A DNA stretch of 57,474 bases, taken from the NCBI GenBank assembly GCA_016933475.1, contig JAFGAW010000279.1, positions 1 through 57,474 on the forward strand. The letters are read 5' to 3'. The stretch is from Thermoleophilia bacterium (lineage in GTDB: Bacteria > Actinomycetota > Thermoleophilia > UBA2241). Positions 9,643-19,833 of this stretch are shown piece by piece; position 1 is the first letter of the stretch; every line of letters starts with the position of its first letter. The position numbers and the translations under genes are program-made. The notes under the pieces were generated by a model, which was not told where the DNA came from, made no database searches, and saw only the letters and a list, made by a program, of their open reading frames with translations.

Positions 9643-10590
9643 ATGCTGCGCCTCATCGGGCGCCGGCTGCTCCTGATGGTGCCGACGCTGATCCTGGCGT
9701 CGATGCTCATCTTCGCGCTGGCCGAGGTGCTGCCCGGTGACGTCGCACGCTCCATCCTGGGGCCCTACGCCACGCAGGAGCAGGTCGACCTGCTCAACCA
9801 GCGGCTCGGCGCGGACCGGCCGGTCTACGAGCGCTATGTCGACTGGGCGGGCGGCTTTGTCACCGGTGACTGGGGAGACTCGCTGCTGTTCGACGAGGCG
9901 GTGCTGCCCCTGGTCATGAGGAGTCTCGGCAACTCCCTGCTGCTGGCGGGGTTCGCCCTCGTGCTCATCGTGCCGACCTCGATCGCCGTCGGTGTGTTCG
10001 CGGGCTTACGGCGCGACAGCCTCCTCGACCGGGGCATCACCGTCTCCACGCTGTCGATGACGGTCATCCCCGAGTTCGTGAGCGGCGTCGTCCTTCTGTA
10101 CGTGTTCGCCGTGTGGCTCAAGTGGCTGCCGGTGACCGCACTCCCGCCCAGCGGGTCACCGTTCGTGAGCCGCTTCTACTACCTGATCCTCCCGGCGATC
10201 CCGCTGATGCTCCTCGAGTTGGGCTACATCGCGCGCATGGCCCGCGTCGGCACCGTCCAGGTGCTGGCCATGCCCTACATCCGCACCGCGGTCCTGAAGG
10301 GCCTCCCTCGCCGGCGCGTGATCTTCGGCCACATGCTGCGCAACGCCATGGTGCCCACGGTGACGGTCATCGGCACCCAGATCGGCTGGCTCATCGGCGG
10401 CCTGGTCGTCGTCGAGGTGCTCTTCGCCTACCCCGGCATCGGCAACATCATGGTCCAGGCCGCCAAGAACAAGGACCTCCCCCTGCTCGAGGCGTCCGTC
10501 CTCATGGTCGCCATCCTGTACATGGTGTCGAACCTCATCGCCGACATCGTCGTCGCCCTGCTCAACCCGCGGATCCGGATGGGGGGCTGA
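9643..10590 (+). CDS. ABC transporter permease (DppB-like)
   Basis: PGD motif, YIRTAVLKGL EAA-like loop, VVEVLFAYPGIG, LNPRIR. Confidence 0.92.
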   Translation: MLRLIGRRLLLMVPTLILASMLIFALAEVLPGDVARSILGPYATQEQVDLLNQRLGADRPVYERYVDWAGGFVTGDWGDSLLFDEAVLPLVMRSLGNSLLLAGFALVLIVPTSIAVGVFAGLRRDSLLDRGITVSTLSMTVIPEFVSGVVLLYVFAVWLKWLPVTALPPSGSPFVSRFYYLILPAIPLMLLELGYIARMARVGTVQVLAMPYIRTAVLKGLPRRRVIFGHMLRNAMVPTVTVIGTQIGWLIGGLVVVEVLFAYPGIGNIMVQAAKNKDLPLLEASVLMVAILYMVSNLIADIVVALLNPRIRMGG

Positions 10591-10592
10591 CG

Positions 10593-11540
10593 GTGGACGT
10601 GCGCTCGCCCGACCTGCGCGAGCCCGACCCTGAGGCCGTCGAGACGCTGGCCGACGGTGAGGTCGGGCACCAGGAGCCGGAACTCGAGGCCGACGCGGCG
10701 GCAGCCGCCGAGCAACGCCGGCAGCGGCGCTTCCTGTTCACAGCGCTGCTGCGCAGCCCGACCTTCATGACCGGGCTCGTCATCGTGCTCTTCTGGGTCT
10801 TCATGGGTCTCTTCTCGACCGCCTTCACGCAGAGCCCGACAAGCATCGATGCCATGGCGACCCTTCAGGAGCCGAGCGCGGAGCACTGGTTCGGCACCGA
10901 CGACCTCGGGCGCGACGTGCTGGCGCGCACCATGGCCGGCGCCCGCACGGTACTGTACATCGCCCCGTTGGCGACGGTGCTTGCCCTCCTGTGGGGCAGC
11001 ATCGTCGGCCTCGTCTCGGGCTTCTACCGCGGCATCACCGACGAGATCATCATGCGCCTCGTCGACGTGCTGCTCGCCCTGCCCATCATCATCACCTCGA
11101 TCCTCATCCTCTCACTGCTGGGCAGAGGGATGGCGATCATCATCATCACCATCGGCGCGCTGTTCACGCCGCCGGTCAGCCGGACCGTGCGTTCGGCAGT
11201 CATCGGCGAGCGCGAGCGCGAATACGTCATGGCCGCCCGCCTGCGCGGCGAGCGCTCGGCCTTCGTCATGGCCCGCGAGATCCTCCCCAACATCAAGGAG
11301 CCGATCATCGTCGAGGGCACGATCCGCTTGGGCTACGCGGTGTTCACCGCTGCGACGCTGTCCTTCCTCGGGTTCGGCCTCGCACCCCCGTCGCCCGACT
11401 GGGGTCTCACCATCGCGACGCAGCGGGTGTTCCTGCAGATCGCCCCTTGGGCGGTCCTCTTCCCCGCGGCCGCCTTGGCCTCACTGGTCGTCGCAGTCAA
11501 CCTCATCACCGACGGCTTGGGGAGGGTGTTCTCGAAATGA
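10593..11540 (+). CDS. ABC transporter permease (DppC-like)
   Basis: PSAEHWFGTDDLGRD, EYVMAARLRG, LSFLGFG..PPSPDWG. GTG start inferred. Confidence 0.9.
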   Translation: MDVRSPDLREPDPEAVETLADGEVGHQEPELEADAAAAAEQRRQRRFLFTALLRSPTFMTGLVIVLFWVFMGLFSTAFTQSPTSIDAMATLQEPSAEHWFGTDDLGRDVLARTMAGARTVLYIAPLATVLALLWGSIVGLVSGFYRGITDEIIMRLVDVLLALPIIITSILILSLLGRGMAIIIITIGALFTPPVSRTVRSAVIGEREREYVMAARLRGERSAFVMAREILPNIKEPIIVEGTIRLGYAVFTAATLSFLGFGLAPPSPDWGLTIATQRVFLQIAPWAVLFPAAALASLVVAVNLITDGLGRVFSK

Positions 11541-13780
11541 GCATGCCGGAGCACCCGCTCGATCCCGCAGGCGCCGCGCCCGCGCCCGGCAACGCCCCGC
11601 CCGCGCTCGACGTCCGCGACCTCGAGGTCAGCTTCCACCGCCGCGGCCGTGCCCTGCGCGTGCTCAAGGGCGTCACCATGACCATTGGACAGGGCGAGGC
11701 CTACGGCCTCGTGGGCGAGTCCGGCTGCGGCAAGACCACCCTGGCCATGGCCGCCATGCGCTACCTCGCGACCAACGGCACCATCGACGCCGGCAGCGTC
11801 GCCGTCGAGGGACAAGACGTGAGCACGCTGAGCGAGGAGGCCCTCCGCAAGTGGCGCGGCGGCAAGATCTCCATGGTCTACCAGGATCCGGCCACGGCGC
11901 TGAGCCCTGCGATGCGCATCGGCGACCAGCTCGCCGAGGTCTTCCACTACCACGAAGGCATGGGTAAGACCGAGGCGCTCGAGAGGGCCCGCGAGAGCCT
12001 GCGCAGAGTCGCCATCCCCGACCCGGACGCCACCCTGAAGCGCTACCCCTTCGAGCTCTCCGGCGGCCAGCAGCAGCGCGTCGTCATCGCCATGGCACTG
12101 GCCGTCGACCCGCAACTGCTGATCCTCGACGAGCCGACGACCGGTCTCGACGCGACCGTCGAGGCCGAGATACTCGACCTGATCGAGGAGCTGCGCGGGC
12201 GCATCAACGCCGCCATCCTCCTCATCACCCACAACCTCGGCCTGGTCGCGCGCCTCTGTGAGCGCGTCGGCGTGCTCTACGCCGGCCGCCTGGTCGAGGA
12301 GGGCCCGGCGCGCGACGTCTTCACTGACCCGCGGCACCCCTACACGATGGGCCTGCTGCGCTGCGTGCCGCGCTTCGGCATGAACAAGACCGACGCCGCG
12401 CTGCAGACGATCCCCGGCACCCTCCCCGCCCTCGGCGAGCCGCTCGAGGGCTGTGTCTACTCGGCGCGCTGCCCGATGGCCAAGCCGGTCTGCACGCAGC
12501 ACGAGCCCGACTTCTTCGCCTGGCCGAGCGACCTGGGCGCCCGTGCCGCAGCCGAAGCGGCGTCGAAGCCGCCCGACCCGGCCGCCTTCTCGCCGCACCA
12601 CGCCAATCCGGTCGGCGAGAGCGACCGCTACGCGCGCTGCTACTTCTCCCCCGAGGTGCCCGAGATGCCGCACATGACCCCGGTGCTCGCCACGAGCCTC
12701 GAGGCGCGCGGCGCCGAAGGGGGCAACGTCCTCGAGATCGACACCGTGCGGCGCACGTTCAAGGACGGCAAGAAGAAGCTCACGGCCGTGGCCGACGTCT
12801 CGCTCGACCTGCGCAAGGGCGAGACCTTCGGCCTCGTCGGCGAGTCGGGCAGCGGCAAGACGACCTTGGCCAAGTGCGTCACCGGCCTTCTGGCGCCTGA
12901 CGCCGGCACCATCACGTTCGAGGCCGGGGAGCTGCGCCCCACCGCCGCGCGCCGCTCGCAGGACGCCTTGCGCGCCATCCAGATGGTCTTCCAGAACCCC
13001 GACTCCACGCTCAACCCGGCGTGGAGCACGCGCTCCATCCTCACGCGCGCGGTGCGCAAGCTCGGCGGCGGCAAGGCGGGCTCGGTACGTGCCAAGGTCG
13101 ACAAGCTCTCGGCCGACGTGCGCGTCGAGCCACGCTTCCTCATGCAGAGGCCGACCGAGCTCTCCGGCGGTCAGAAGCAGCGCGTCGCCATCGCGCGCGC
13201 CTTCGCCGGCGACCCCACGCTGGTGATCTGCGACGAGCCCGCCTCCGCCCTCGACGTGTCGGTGCAGGCCAGCATCCTCAACCTGCTGGTCGAGTTGCAG
13301 ACCAACGAGAAGGTCTCCTACGTCTTCATCTCGCACGACCTCGCCGTGGTGCGCTACATCTCCGACCGGATCGGCGTCATGTACCTCGCCGAACTCATCG
13401 AGGTCGGGGGCGCCGAAGAGGTCTTCAACCCGCCGCACCATCCCTACACCGAGGCCCTGCTGTCCTCGATCCCCAAGCTCGACTTCGACAGCCCACGCCG
13501 CCGCATCGCCTTGCACGGCACCATGCCGAGCCTCAGTGACCCGCCGTCCGGGTGCCGGTTCCACACCCGTTGCCACCGCCTCCTCGGCGACATCTGCAAG
13601 GAGCAGGAGCCGCCGTTCCAGGAGTCGACCACCGGGCATCGCTACAAGTGCCACATCCCGCCCGACGAGCTCCTCGCCGCCCAGGTGGCCGACCGCCCCG
13701 GCCCCCATGCCGAGGCCGTTGCGCAGGCCACGGACGCTCCGGGCACCGACAGCGCGGACCCCCAGCCGGCCGCTTCCTGA
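11537..13780 (+). CDS. ABC transporter ATP-binding protein, fused DppD-DppF type
   Basis: Two Walker A motifs (GESGCGKT, GESGSGKT), two LSGGQ signatures, two HPYT/Cys-rich oligo_HPY tails. ATGA overlap with the permease. Confidence 0.93.
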   Translation: MSMPEHPLDPAGAAPAPGNAPPALDVRDLEVSFHRRGRALRVLKGVTMTIGQGEAYGLVGESGCGKTTLAMAAMRYLATNGTIDAGSVAVEGQDVSTLSEEALRKWRGGKISMVYQDPATALSPAMRIGDQLAEVFHYHEGMGKTEALERARESLRRVAIPDPDATLKRYPFELSGGQQQRVVIAMALAVDPQLLILDEPTTGLDATVEAEILDLIEELRGRINAAILLITHNLGLVARLCERVGVLYAGRLVEEGPARDVFTDPRHPYTMGLLRCVPRFGMNKTDAALQTIPGTLPALGEPLEGCVYSARCPMAKPVCTQHEPDFFAWPSDLGARAAAEAASKPPDPAAFSPHHANPVGESDRYARCYFSPEVPEMPHMTPVLATSLEARGAEGGNVLEIDTVRRTFKDGKKKLTAVADVSLDLRKGETFGLVGESGSGKTTLAKCVTGLLAPDAGTITFEAGELRPTAARRSQDALRAIQMVFQNPDSTLNPAWSTRSILTRAVRKLGGGKAGSVRAKVDKLSADVRVEPRFLMQRPTELSGGQKQRVAIARAFAGDPTLVICDEPASALDVSVQASILNLLVELQTNEKVSYVFISHDLAVVRYISDRIGVMYLAELIEVGGAEEVFNPPHHPYTEALLSSIPKLDFDSPRRRIALHGTMPSLSDPPSGCRFHTRCHRLLGDICKEQEPPFQESTTGHRYKCHIPPDELLAAQVADRPGPHAEAVAQATDAPGTDSADPQPAAS

Positions 13781-13983
13781 GCCGGCACGCGCGACCGTAG
13801 TCCGAGCACCCCCGGAGAGGCCATTCGAGAGGCCTGACTGCCGGGTTCTCTGACGTCCGAGCCCGCGCGCCACGGTGCGGTCACCGCCGACCGACTCGCG
13901 ACCGCCTTACGTCGACATCGCCGGCCGGCAGCGAACCAGACGCGGTGGCCGCCGGACCCGCGTCGTCGCGCGGAGCAGCGGTC

Positions 13984-15117
13984 TCAGCGCCCGGCCCAGT
14001 GCTCGTGGAGCTCGGCCGCCCGCGCGACGGCGTCGCGATCGAGCTCGACGCCCAGGCCGGGCGTCTCCCACCGTCCGAGCTTGCCGTGCGCCGGCGTCAG
14101 GTCCGGGGCGGTGATCAGATCCTCGACGAGGAGTTGGTGCATGATCTGGTTGCCGTCGGTGAGACTGGCAGTGCGGAGCCCGAGCTGGTGCTGGGCGGCG
14201 TCGGTGATGCCCGAGACGCCCTGCCCGTGCAGGCAGACCGCCACCCCGGCGGCCTCGACAATCGCGGCGGCCTTGCCGAAGGCGAGGAGGCCGCCCGCCT
14301 CGTGCGGCGAGAGGACGATCACGTCAGCCGCTCGCTGGCGACAGATATCGTAGACGTCGGCCGGCGTGAAGACGGCCTGATCGGCGGCGATGGGCACGCC
14401 GACGCTCTCCCTGACCTGACGCAGGGCCGAGATGCTCTCCAGCGGCGTCGGCTGCTCGATCCACTCCGGCTCGAACTCGCGCAGGCGCCCGATCATGTGG
14501 ATGGCTTCGGCCACGCTCCAGGCACAGTTGGGATCGAGACGCAGGCGCCGATCGCCGATCGCCTCGCGCACGGCGGCCGTGTTGCGCACATCGGCTTCTT
14601 CGCCGCGCCCGACCTTCATGTAGATGACCGCGTAGCCGGCGGCGGCGAGCTCGCGGGCATCTTCGGCGAGCTCCTCGGTCGTGTCGCCCTGCACGAAGCC
14701 GAAGTAGTCGACCTCGTCGCGCACGGCGCCACCGAGCAGGCGATGGACGGGCCATCCGACGGCCTTGCCGAGCAGGTCCCAGAGCGCCATCTCCACGCCG
14801 GCCAAGGTGAGCGCCGCGTACCAGGGCGTGTGGTTGAAGCTGCCGAGGTGGCGGGCAGCGGTGACGAGACGCTCGATGTCGTGCGCCGGCTGCCCGAGGA
14901 ACAGCGGCGTGACGGCCCGGATGGCAGCGAGCGTACCGTCCGCCGGGAGGGCGGCCACCGACTCGCCGACCCCCGTCAGCCCGCCCTCGGTCTCAACCTC
15001 GACCAGCACCACACCGGCGCCGTCGTCGACGCGACCGGCCCAGTGGTACGGCTCCTTGAACGCCAGCGCCAACGGCGTCGTGCGGATGGCGGCGATCCTC
15101 ATCCCGGACTCTGTCAT
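13984..15117 (-). CDS. Enolase-superfamily (mandelate racemase/muconate lactonizing enzyme-like) protein
   Basis: GLTGVGE, EMALWDLLGKA.G.PV..LLGG, DPN, EQP, PGLGVELD. ATG after GGAGG. Confidence 0.88.
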   Translation of the reverse strand: MTESGMRIAAIRTTPLALAFKEPYHWAGRVDDGAGVVLVEVETEGGLTGVGESVAALPADGTLAAIRAVTPLFLGQPAHDIERLVTAARHLGSFNHTPWYAALTLAGVEMALWDLLGKAVGWPVHRLLGGAVRDEVDYFGFVQGDTTEELAEDARELAAAGYAVIYMKVGRGEEADVRNTAAVREAIGDRRLRLDPNCAWSVAEAIHMIGRLREFEPEWIEQPTPLESISALRQVRESVGVPIAADQAVFTPADVYDICRQRAADVIVLSPHEAGGLLAFGKAAAIVEAAGVAVCLHGQGVSGITDAAQHQLGLRTASLTDGNQIMHQLLVEDLITAPDLTPAHGKLGRWETPGLGVELDRDAVARAAELHEHWAGR

Positions 15118-15169
15118 GGTCGTACCTCCGCTCTGCCGGCCGTCGAGACGGGCGACGCCCAAATACCGG

Positions 15170-16624
15170 TCACGCCCGCGGCTCGAAGCCGTCGACGAGG
15201 GCGTCGACCCGCTCCGCGATATCGGGGTCGAGTGGTGCGGGCTCGTGGCGCGCGAGCAGCTCGAGCGCCTTGCGCCGGGCGCGCTCGCGCAGGTCGAGCC
15301 CGCCCTCCTCCTCCCAGCGCGGCCGGCCCTGACGGTTCAGGATTGTCGGGCGCCACTGGGCCGTGCGCACGTGGCGGGCGGTGTGCCGCGAGGCGAGGAA
15401 ATCGCCGCCCGGCCCCACCTGCCGCACGGCGTCCAGGGCGAGCGTCTCCGGCGTCACGTCGATGCCGCCAAGGATGCGCCGGTTCATGCTGAGGTACTCG
15501 TCGACGATCACGACGAGCTCGAGCGAGGCGGTCAGGCCGAAGTCGAGGTAGCCGACGTCATGGTTGAGGTTCGACCCTGCAGTCATGCACAGCAGGGCGA
15601 GCTCGGCGATCTCCATCCCCGCCTGGGCGTCGACGAGCTGGGCGTCCGACGTGGCCCCGTACCCCCAGTTGGGCAGGTCGAGCCAGCGCGCCATGCCGAC
15701 GGCGCCGAGCAGGGCGGCGAGGTACTCGGGGGCGTTGTAGGAGGACTGCATGGTACCCATGTCGAGGACGGCCGGGCCCATCCCGAAGATGAACGGCGCG
15801 CCCGGACGGCGAAGCTGGTGGATCACCAGGCCGAAGAGCGACTCGGCCGTCCCTTGGGCGACGTGGCCCGCCGGGGTGAGCGGCGCCGTGCCGCCGGCCA
15901 GCGGCGCGGGGGAGTAAATGACGGGGATGCCCCGGTCGGCGCAGAAGAGCAGCTTGTCCAGGCTGTCCGTCGGGTGCCGCAGCGGGCTCGTGGGCTCCGC
16001 GTACACCGTGAAGTACGGCTTGGCACGGAGATCCTCGCCACCGCCGCGCAGCGCACCGGCGACCTCCCACATGATGCGCAGGTCGTCGAGCCCGCCGCAG
16101 GTGACCACCAGCGGCTTGGTCGTGTGCTTCACCATGGCGCGGAAGCTCTCGAGGTGGTTGCGCCGCGGCTCGACGTCGTTCGGGTAGGCGCTCGACATGA
16201 CGAAGTCGAGGTTCGGGAGCGCGTCGACGAGCCGAGCGGCGCGGCAGACGTCCGCGAGGGCGCTGCGACGGTGCTCGCCGGTCTCGAGGTCGTAGGTGCT
16301 CATGAGATCGGAGCCGGTGCCGAAGTAGCTCGCGTAGCCGCCCAGGGTCATCGCCGGCTCGCCGCCGCGGTCGAAGACCTCGATCGCCGCGGGAGCGCTC
16401 GCACGGGCCCGCTCAACGAGCTCGCAGGGGATGCGGACGAGGTCGGGCTCGACGACCTCGCACCCGGCGGCACGCAGCAGTTCGAGCGCCTCCGTCTGGT
16501 GCACGCGCATGCCGATGTCGGCGACGATCTCGAGCGCCGCCGCATACAGAGCCGCCGCGTCGTCGTCGCTCAGGTAGGTCAGGCGACCCGCTTGGGGCCG
16601 CGCGCCTGGCTCATGGGTCGTCAC
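15170..16624 (-). CDS. MttB-superfamily methyltransferase (non-Pyl), paralogue 1
   Basis: GTG start with AGGAGG. EPTSPL, GGTAPLTPAG, DAQLVDAQAG, HDVGYL, VGPGGDFL..HT. Confidence 0.9.
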   Translation of the reverse strand: MTTHEPGARPQAGRLTYLSDDDAAALYAAALEIVADIGMRVHQTEALELLRAAGCEVVEPDLVRIPCELVERARASAPAAIEVFDRGGEPAMTLGGYASYFGTGSDLMSTYDLETGEHRRSALADVCRAARLVDALPNLDFVMSSAYPNDVEPRRNHLESFRAMVKHTTKPLVVTCGGLDDLRIMWEVAGALRGGGEDLRAKPYFTVYAEPTSPLRHPTDSLDKLLFCADRGIPVIYSPAPLAGGTAPLTPAGHVAQGTAESLFGLVIHQLRRPGAPFIFGMGPAVLDMGTMQSSYNAPEYLAALLGAVGMARWLDLPNWGYGATSDAQLVDAQAGMEIAELALLCMTAGSNLNHDVGYLDFGLTASLELVVIVDEYLSMNRRILGGIDVTPETLALDAVRQVGPGGDFLASRHTARHVRTAQWRPTILNRQGRPRWEEEGGLDLRERARRKALELLARHEPAPLDPDIAERVDALVDGFEPRA

Positions 16625-17024
16625 GAAGCTCCTCCTGCGGGACGTTCGATGCCGACTCGCCCAGTCACGAGAGGGAGTCGGGCACGGGCCGGCCCGCCGG
16701 CCCGTGCCCGCTGAGTGTACGACAGGGTGGAGCGGCGTCACACCGAAGACCGGCACCTGCGGGGCTCGCGTCGGGCGTGCGCCCGGTGTCGGTGTCACGC
16801 GCGGACCGGGTCCTACGGGGGTGCACTGCAGCGCGAGGAGGCGACGCGGGGATGCGGCGCGCGGATGAGTCTCCCGCGGCGGTACGATGTCGGGCACGAG
16901 GCCGATCCATGTCTGGCGTGGGGCGTCTGACGCGAGGCCCCGGCGAGCATGCCGGCACGAGCCGGCCAGCAGACGCGGCGACGCCAGCCGGGGCGCGTGC
17001 GCCGACGGAGCGCGTGAGGTGAAG

Positions 17025-17101
17025 TGGCGGGAGCGACGAGACTCGAACTCGCGACCTCCGGCGTGACAGGCCGGCGTTCTAACCAGCTGAACTACGCCCC
17101 C
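17025..17101 (-). tRNA. tRNA-Asp(GTC)
   Basis: GGGGGCGTAGTTCAGCTGGTTAGAACGCCGGCCT-GTC-ACGCCGGAGGTCGCGAGTTCGAGTCTCGTCGCTCCCGCCA. Full cloverleaf with encoded CCA. Confidence 0.97.
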
Positions 17102-17344
17102 GCGTGAGGCACCGACGGCCGGCCACCACGCGACCGGCCGCACTGCAGCGAGACGGTACTGTAGCACACGGCCCGGGACGCGGCAAAGCGCAGACCGGGG
17201 CGCTCCGACACGGGTGCCACGCGGCCCCCGTCTGCGGCGCCGCCCGACCAGCGCCGCGGGCGGAGAGGCGCATCGAGCGCGCTCCCGCGGATACCATGCG
17301 GATCCAGCGCGCCCAACCGCAGGCCGGCGTGCGACGTGCGGCGG

Positions 17345-18055
17345 TTACTCCTCCGCCGGGTTCGCAGGCGCCGCCGGCAGACTGATCGTCGCCGCGAGGC
17401 CGCCACCCGGCCCGCTGCCCAACGACAGATCACCACCCATCTGGGCAACGAGTTCACCGGCGACGCAGAGCCCGAGCCCGAGTCCCGGGCGCTCGCGGCC
17501 GCGGCCGCGCTCGCCCACGTACCCGAACTCGGTCACGTGGGGCAGCTCATCCTCGGCAATGCCGGGCCCGTCGTCGCGCACCGTGAACTCCACCGCCGCC
17601 GGGGACGCCGCGACGTCCAGCATCATCGCCGCCTCGGCACCGGCGTGCGTCGCCGCGTTGTCGACGAGTGCATCGAGTACCTGCAGCAGTCTCCAGCGAT
17701 CGGCACGGACCGGCGGCAACCCGACGCCGATGCTGAGGCCGGGTACTCTCTCCCCGAGGCGCTCGCGCGCGGCGGCGTACTCACGCACGAGCGCGGCGGC
17801 ATCGAGCTCTTCGAACGTCAGCGGCCCGGCAGCGCAGTCGAACCAGCCGGTCGCCGATGCGCTGGCGATGGCGCCGTCCAACCGCCGCACGCTCCTCTCC
17901 AACGCGTCAAGGTACTCACGCTGTTTGGACGTGAGCGGTCCGGCCTGACCGGAGAGCAGCAGCTCGAGAGCGGGGTACATGACGGCGAGGGGCGCCCGCA
18001 GCTCGTGACGCACGAACGACTGGCGCTCGCGGCTCTGGTCGCGGCTCTCCGTCAC
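17345..18055 (-). CDS. Small sensor-less histidine kinase (HisKA + HATPase_c)
   Basis: H-box FVRHELRAPL, N-box LVDNA, G1 DDGPG, G2 GLGLGL. GTG at 18055 after AGGTGGAG. The longer ORF call runs through tRNA-Val. Confidence 0.85.
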   Translation of the reverse strand: MTESRDQSRERQSFVRHELRAPLAVMYPALELLLSGQAGPLTSKQREYLDALERSVRRLDGAIASASATGWFDCAAGPLTFEELDAAALVREYAAARERLGERVPGLSIGVGLPPVRADRWRLLQVLDALVDNAATHAGAEAAMMLDVAASPAAVEFTVRDDGPGIAEDELPHVTEFGYVGERGRGRERPGLGLGLCVAGELVAQMGGDLSLGSGPGGGLAATISLPAAPANPAEE

Positions 18056-18084
18056 CGGCTGTCTCCACCTCCGGCTGCATGCGA

Positions 18085-18159
18085 TGGTGGGCGATGCTGG
18101 AGTCGAACCAGCGACCCCCTGCTTGTAAGGCAGGTGCTCTACCTCTGAGCTAATCGCCC
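18085..18159 (-). tRNA. tRNA-Val(TAC)
   Basis: GGGCGATTAGCTCAGAGGTAGAGCACCTGCCT-TAC-AAGCAGGGGGTCGCTGGTTCGACTCCAGCATCGCCCACCA. Confidence 0.97.
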
Positions 18160-18220
18160 GAAGACCGGCAGTATATACCCGCGCGGGAGCCGGGCGGCGC
18201 GGTGGGATACGCTGTGCGGC

Positions 18221-19066
18221 GTGACCGATGACGCACATCCGCCAAAGCTCGCCGTCCACGAGCTCGGCGTCGTCGCGAGGCGCGGCGCCGAGGAGGGCCA
18301 ACGAATCGTCGACGCCGTGAGCTTCTTCGTCATTCAAGGGGGCGTGTTCACGGTCGTGGGGCCCTCCGGCTCCGGCAAGTCGACCCTGCTGCGCGCCGTC
18401 GTGAGGCTGATCGAGCCGGACGCGGGGAGGGTGCTGCTCGATGGGCGGGACGTGACGGCGTTACCCGTCGCTGAGCTCCGGCGGCGCGTCGGATTGGTGT
18501 TCCAGCGCCCCGCGATGTTCGAGGGCACGGTGGCCGACAACGTGCTCTACGGGCCGCGCCTTCGCCGGGAGTGCCCGGAGCGCGACGGCCCTGAGGCGCG
18601 GGACCTCGCCGTCCCCCTGCTCGAGCGCGTCGGGCTGCCGGCCGACTTCGCCGGCAAACCGGCCGACGAGCTCTCCGGGGGAGAGGCTCAACGCGTGGCC
18701 TTGGCCCGGGCGCTCGCCAACCGGCCCGAGGTGCTGCTGCTCGACGAACCGACCTCGTCACTCGACCCGACCGCGAGCCGTCGCATCGAGGAACTGCTGG
18801 CCGCGCTCGCGGAGTCGACCGACCTGACCTTCGTCTTCGTCACCCACGACCTGCACCAGGCACGGCGCATCGGCGACCACGGCCTGCTGCTGGTGGAGGG
18901 CCGCGTCGTCGAGCAGGGTCGTCTACCCGGGATGCTCGACGACCCGGCCCACGACCTCACGCGCCTCTTCGCCACCGGCCGTCTGAGCGGCCGCACGGGG
19001 GAGTCACTTCGCGACGAGCGCCCGGCTGCCGGCGCGGGCCCGGACGACACCGGCACACTGCCGTGA
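18221..19066 (+). CDS. ABC transporter ATP-binding protein (FetA/STAR1-like)
   Basis: [23 protein letters not shown]. Overlaps the following UPF0014 permease. Confidence 0.88.
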   Translation: MTDDAHPPKLAVHELGVVARRGAEEGQRIVDAVSFFVIQGGVFTVVGPSGSGKSTLLRAVVRLIEPDAGRVLLDGRDVTALPVAELRRRVGLVFQRPAMFEGTVADNVLYGPRLRRECPERDGPEARDLAVPLLERVGLPADFAGKPADELSGGEAQRVALARALANRPEVLLLDEPTSSLDPTASRRIEELLAALAESTDLTFVFVTHDLHQARRIGDHGLLLVEGRVVEQGRLPGMLDDPAHDLTRLFATGRLSGRTGESLRDERPAAGAGPDDTGTLP

Positions 19067-19833
19067 GCGGCGACCAGTTCACCTACGTCGACGTCGCCGC
19101 CGCCCTCGTGCTCGTCGCACTCGCCCTGGTGCTCTCCTGGCGGCAGCGGCTCGACCTCGAGAGGGACCTGCTCGTCGCCTCGGTGCGCGCCTTCGTCCAG
19201 CTCACGGCGATCGGCTTCGTCATCGCGTTGATCCTCGACGCCGACCGCGGCCTCTGGGTGCTCCTCATGCTCGCGGCGATGCTGACGTTCGCCGCCTTCA
19301 CTGCGGCGCGCAACGTGCGCGTGGTCCCCGGGGCGCTCTGGCTGATGGTCGTCGCCCTGGGGCTCGCCTCAGCCACGACCCTGGGAGTCATGGTCGTCCT
19401 CGGCATCATCCCGACCGGAGCCCGCTACGTGATCCCCGTCGGCGGCATGATCATCGGCAACACCATGAACGTGGCCTCGGTCACAGCTCTGCGCATCGTC
19501 CAGGACGCGGGCGCGCAGCGCGGCCGCATCGAGGCCGCGCTCGCCCTCGGCGCCGAGCCGCGCGCCGCCGCCCACGGCATCATCCGCAGGGCGGTGCGGC
19601 TGGCCATGGTGCCGGTCATCGACAGCACGAAGACGATGGGCATCGTCTTCCTGCCCGGGGCGATGACCGGCATGATCCTCGCCGGGGCGCCGCCGCTCGA
19701 GGCCGTGCGCCTGCAGGTCGTCGTCATGTTCATGCTCATCGCCGCCACCGGCCTCGCCGCCACGACGGTGACGTGGCTCATGCCGAGCCGCCTCTTCACG
19801 CCGCACCAGCAACTGCGGCGCTTCGACACCTGA
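19063..19833 (+). CDS. fetB: FetB/UPF0014-family ABC permease
   Basis: RAFVQL..IG, IPVGGMIIGN.MN, IEAALALGA, GIVFLPGAMTG.ILAG..P..AVRLQ. Confidence 0.85.
   Translation: MSGDQFTYVDVAAALVLVALALVLSWRQRLDLERDLLVASVRAFVQLTAIGFVIALILDADRGLWVLLMLAAMLTFAAFTAARNVRVVPGALWLMVVALGLASATTLGVMVVLGIIPTGARYVIPVGGMIIGNTMNVASVTALRIVQDAGAQRGRIEAALALGAEPRAAAHGIIRRAVRLAMVPVIDSTKTMGIVFLPGAMTGMILAGAPPLEAVRLQVVVMFMLIAATGLAATTVTWLMPSRLFTPHQQLRRFDT

Noticed and set aside
16625-18337. N-terminal extensions of ORFs 15170..17167 and 17345..18337
   Set aside because: They run through tRNA genes, and RBS-supported starts exist at 16624 and 18055.
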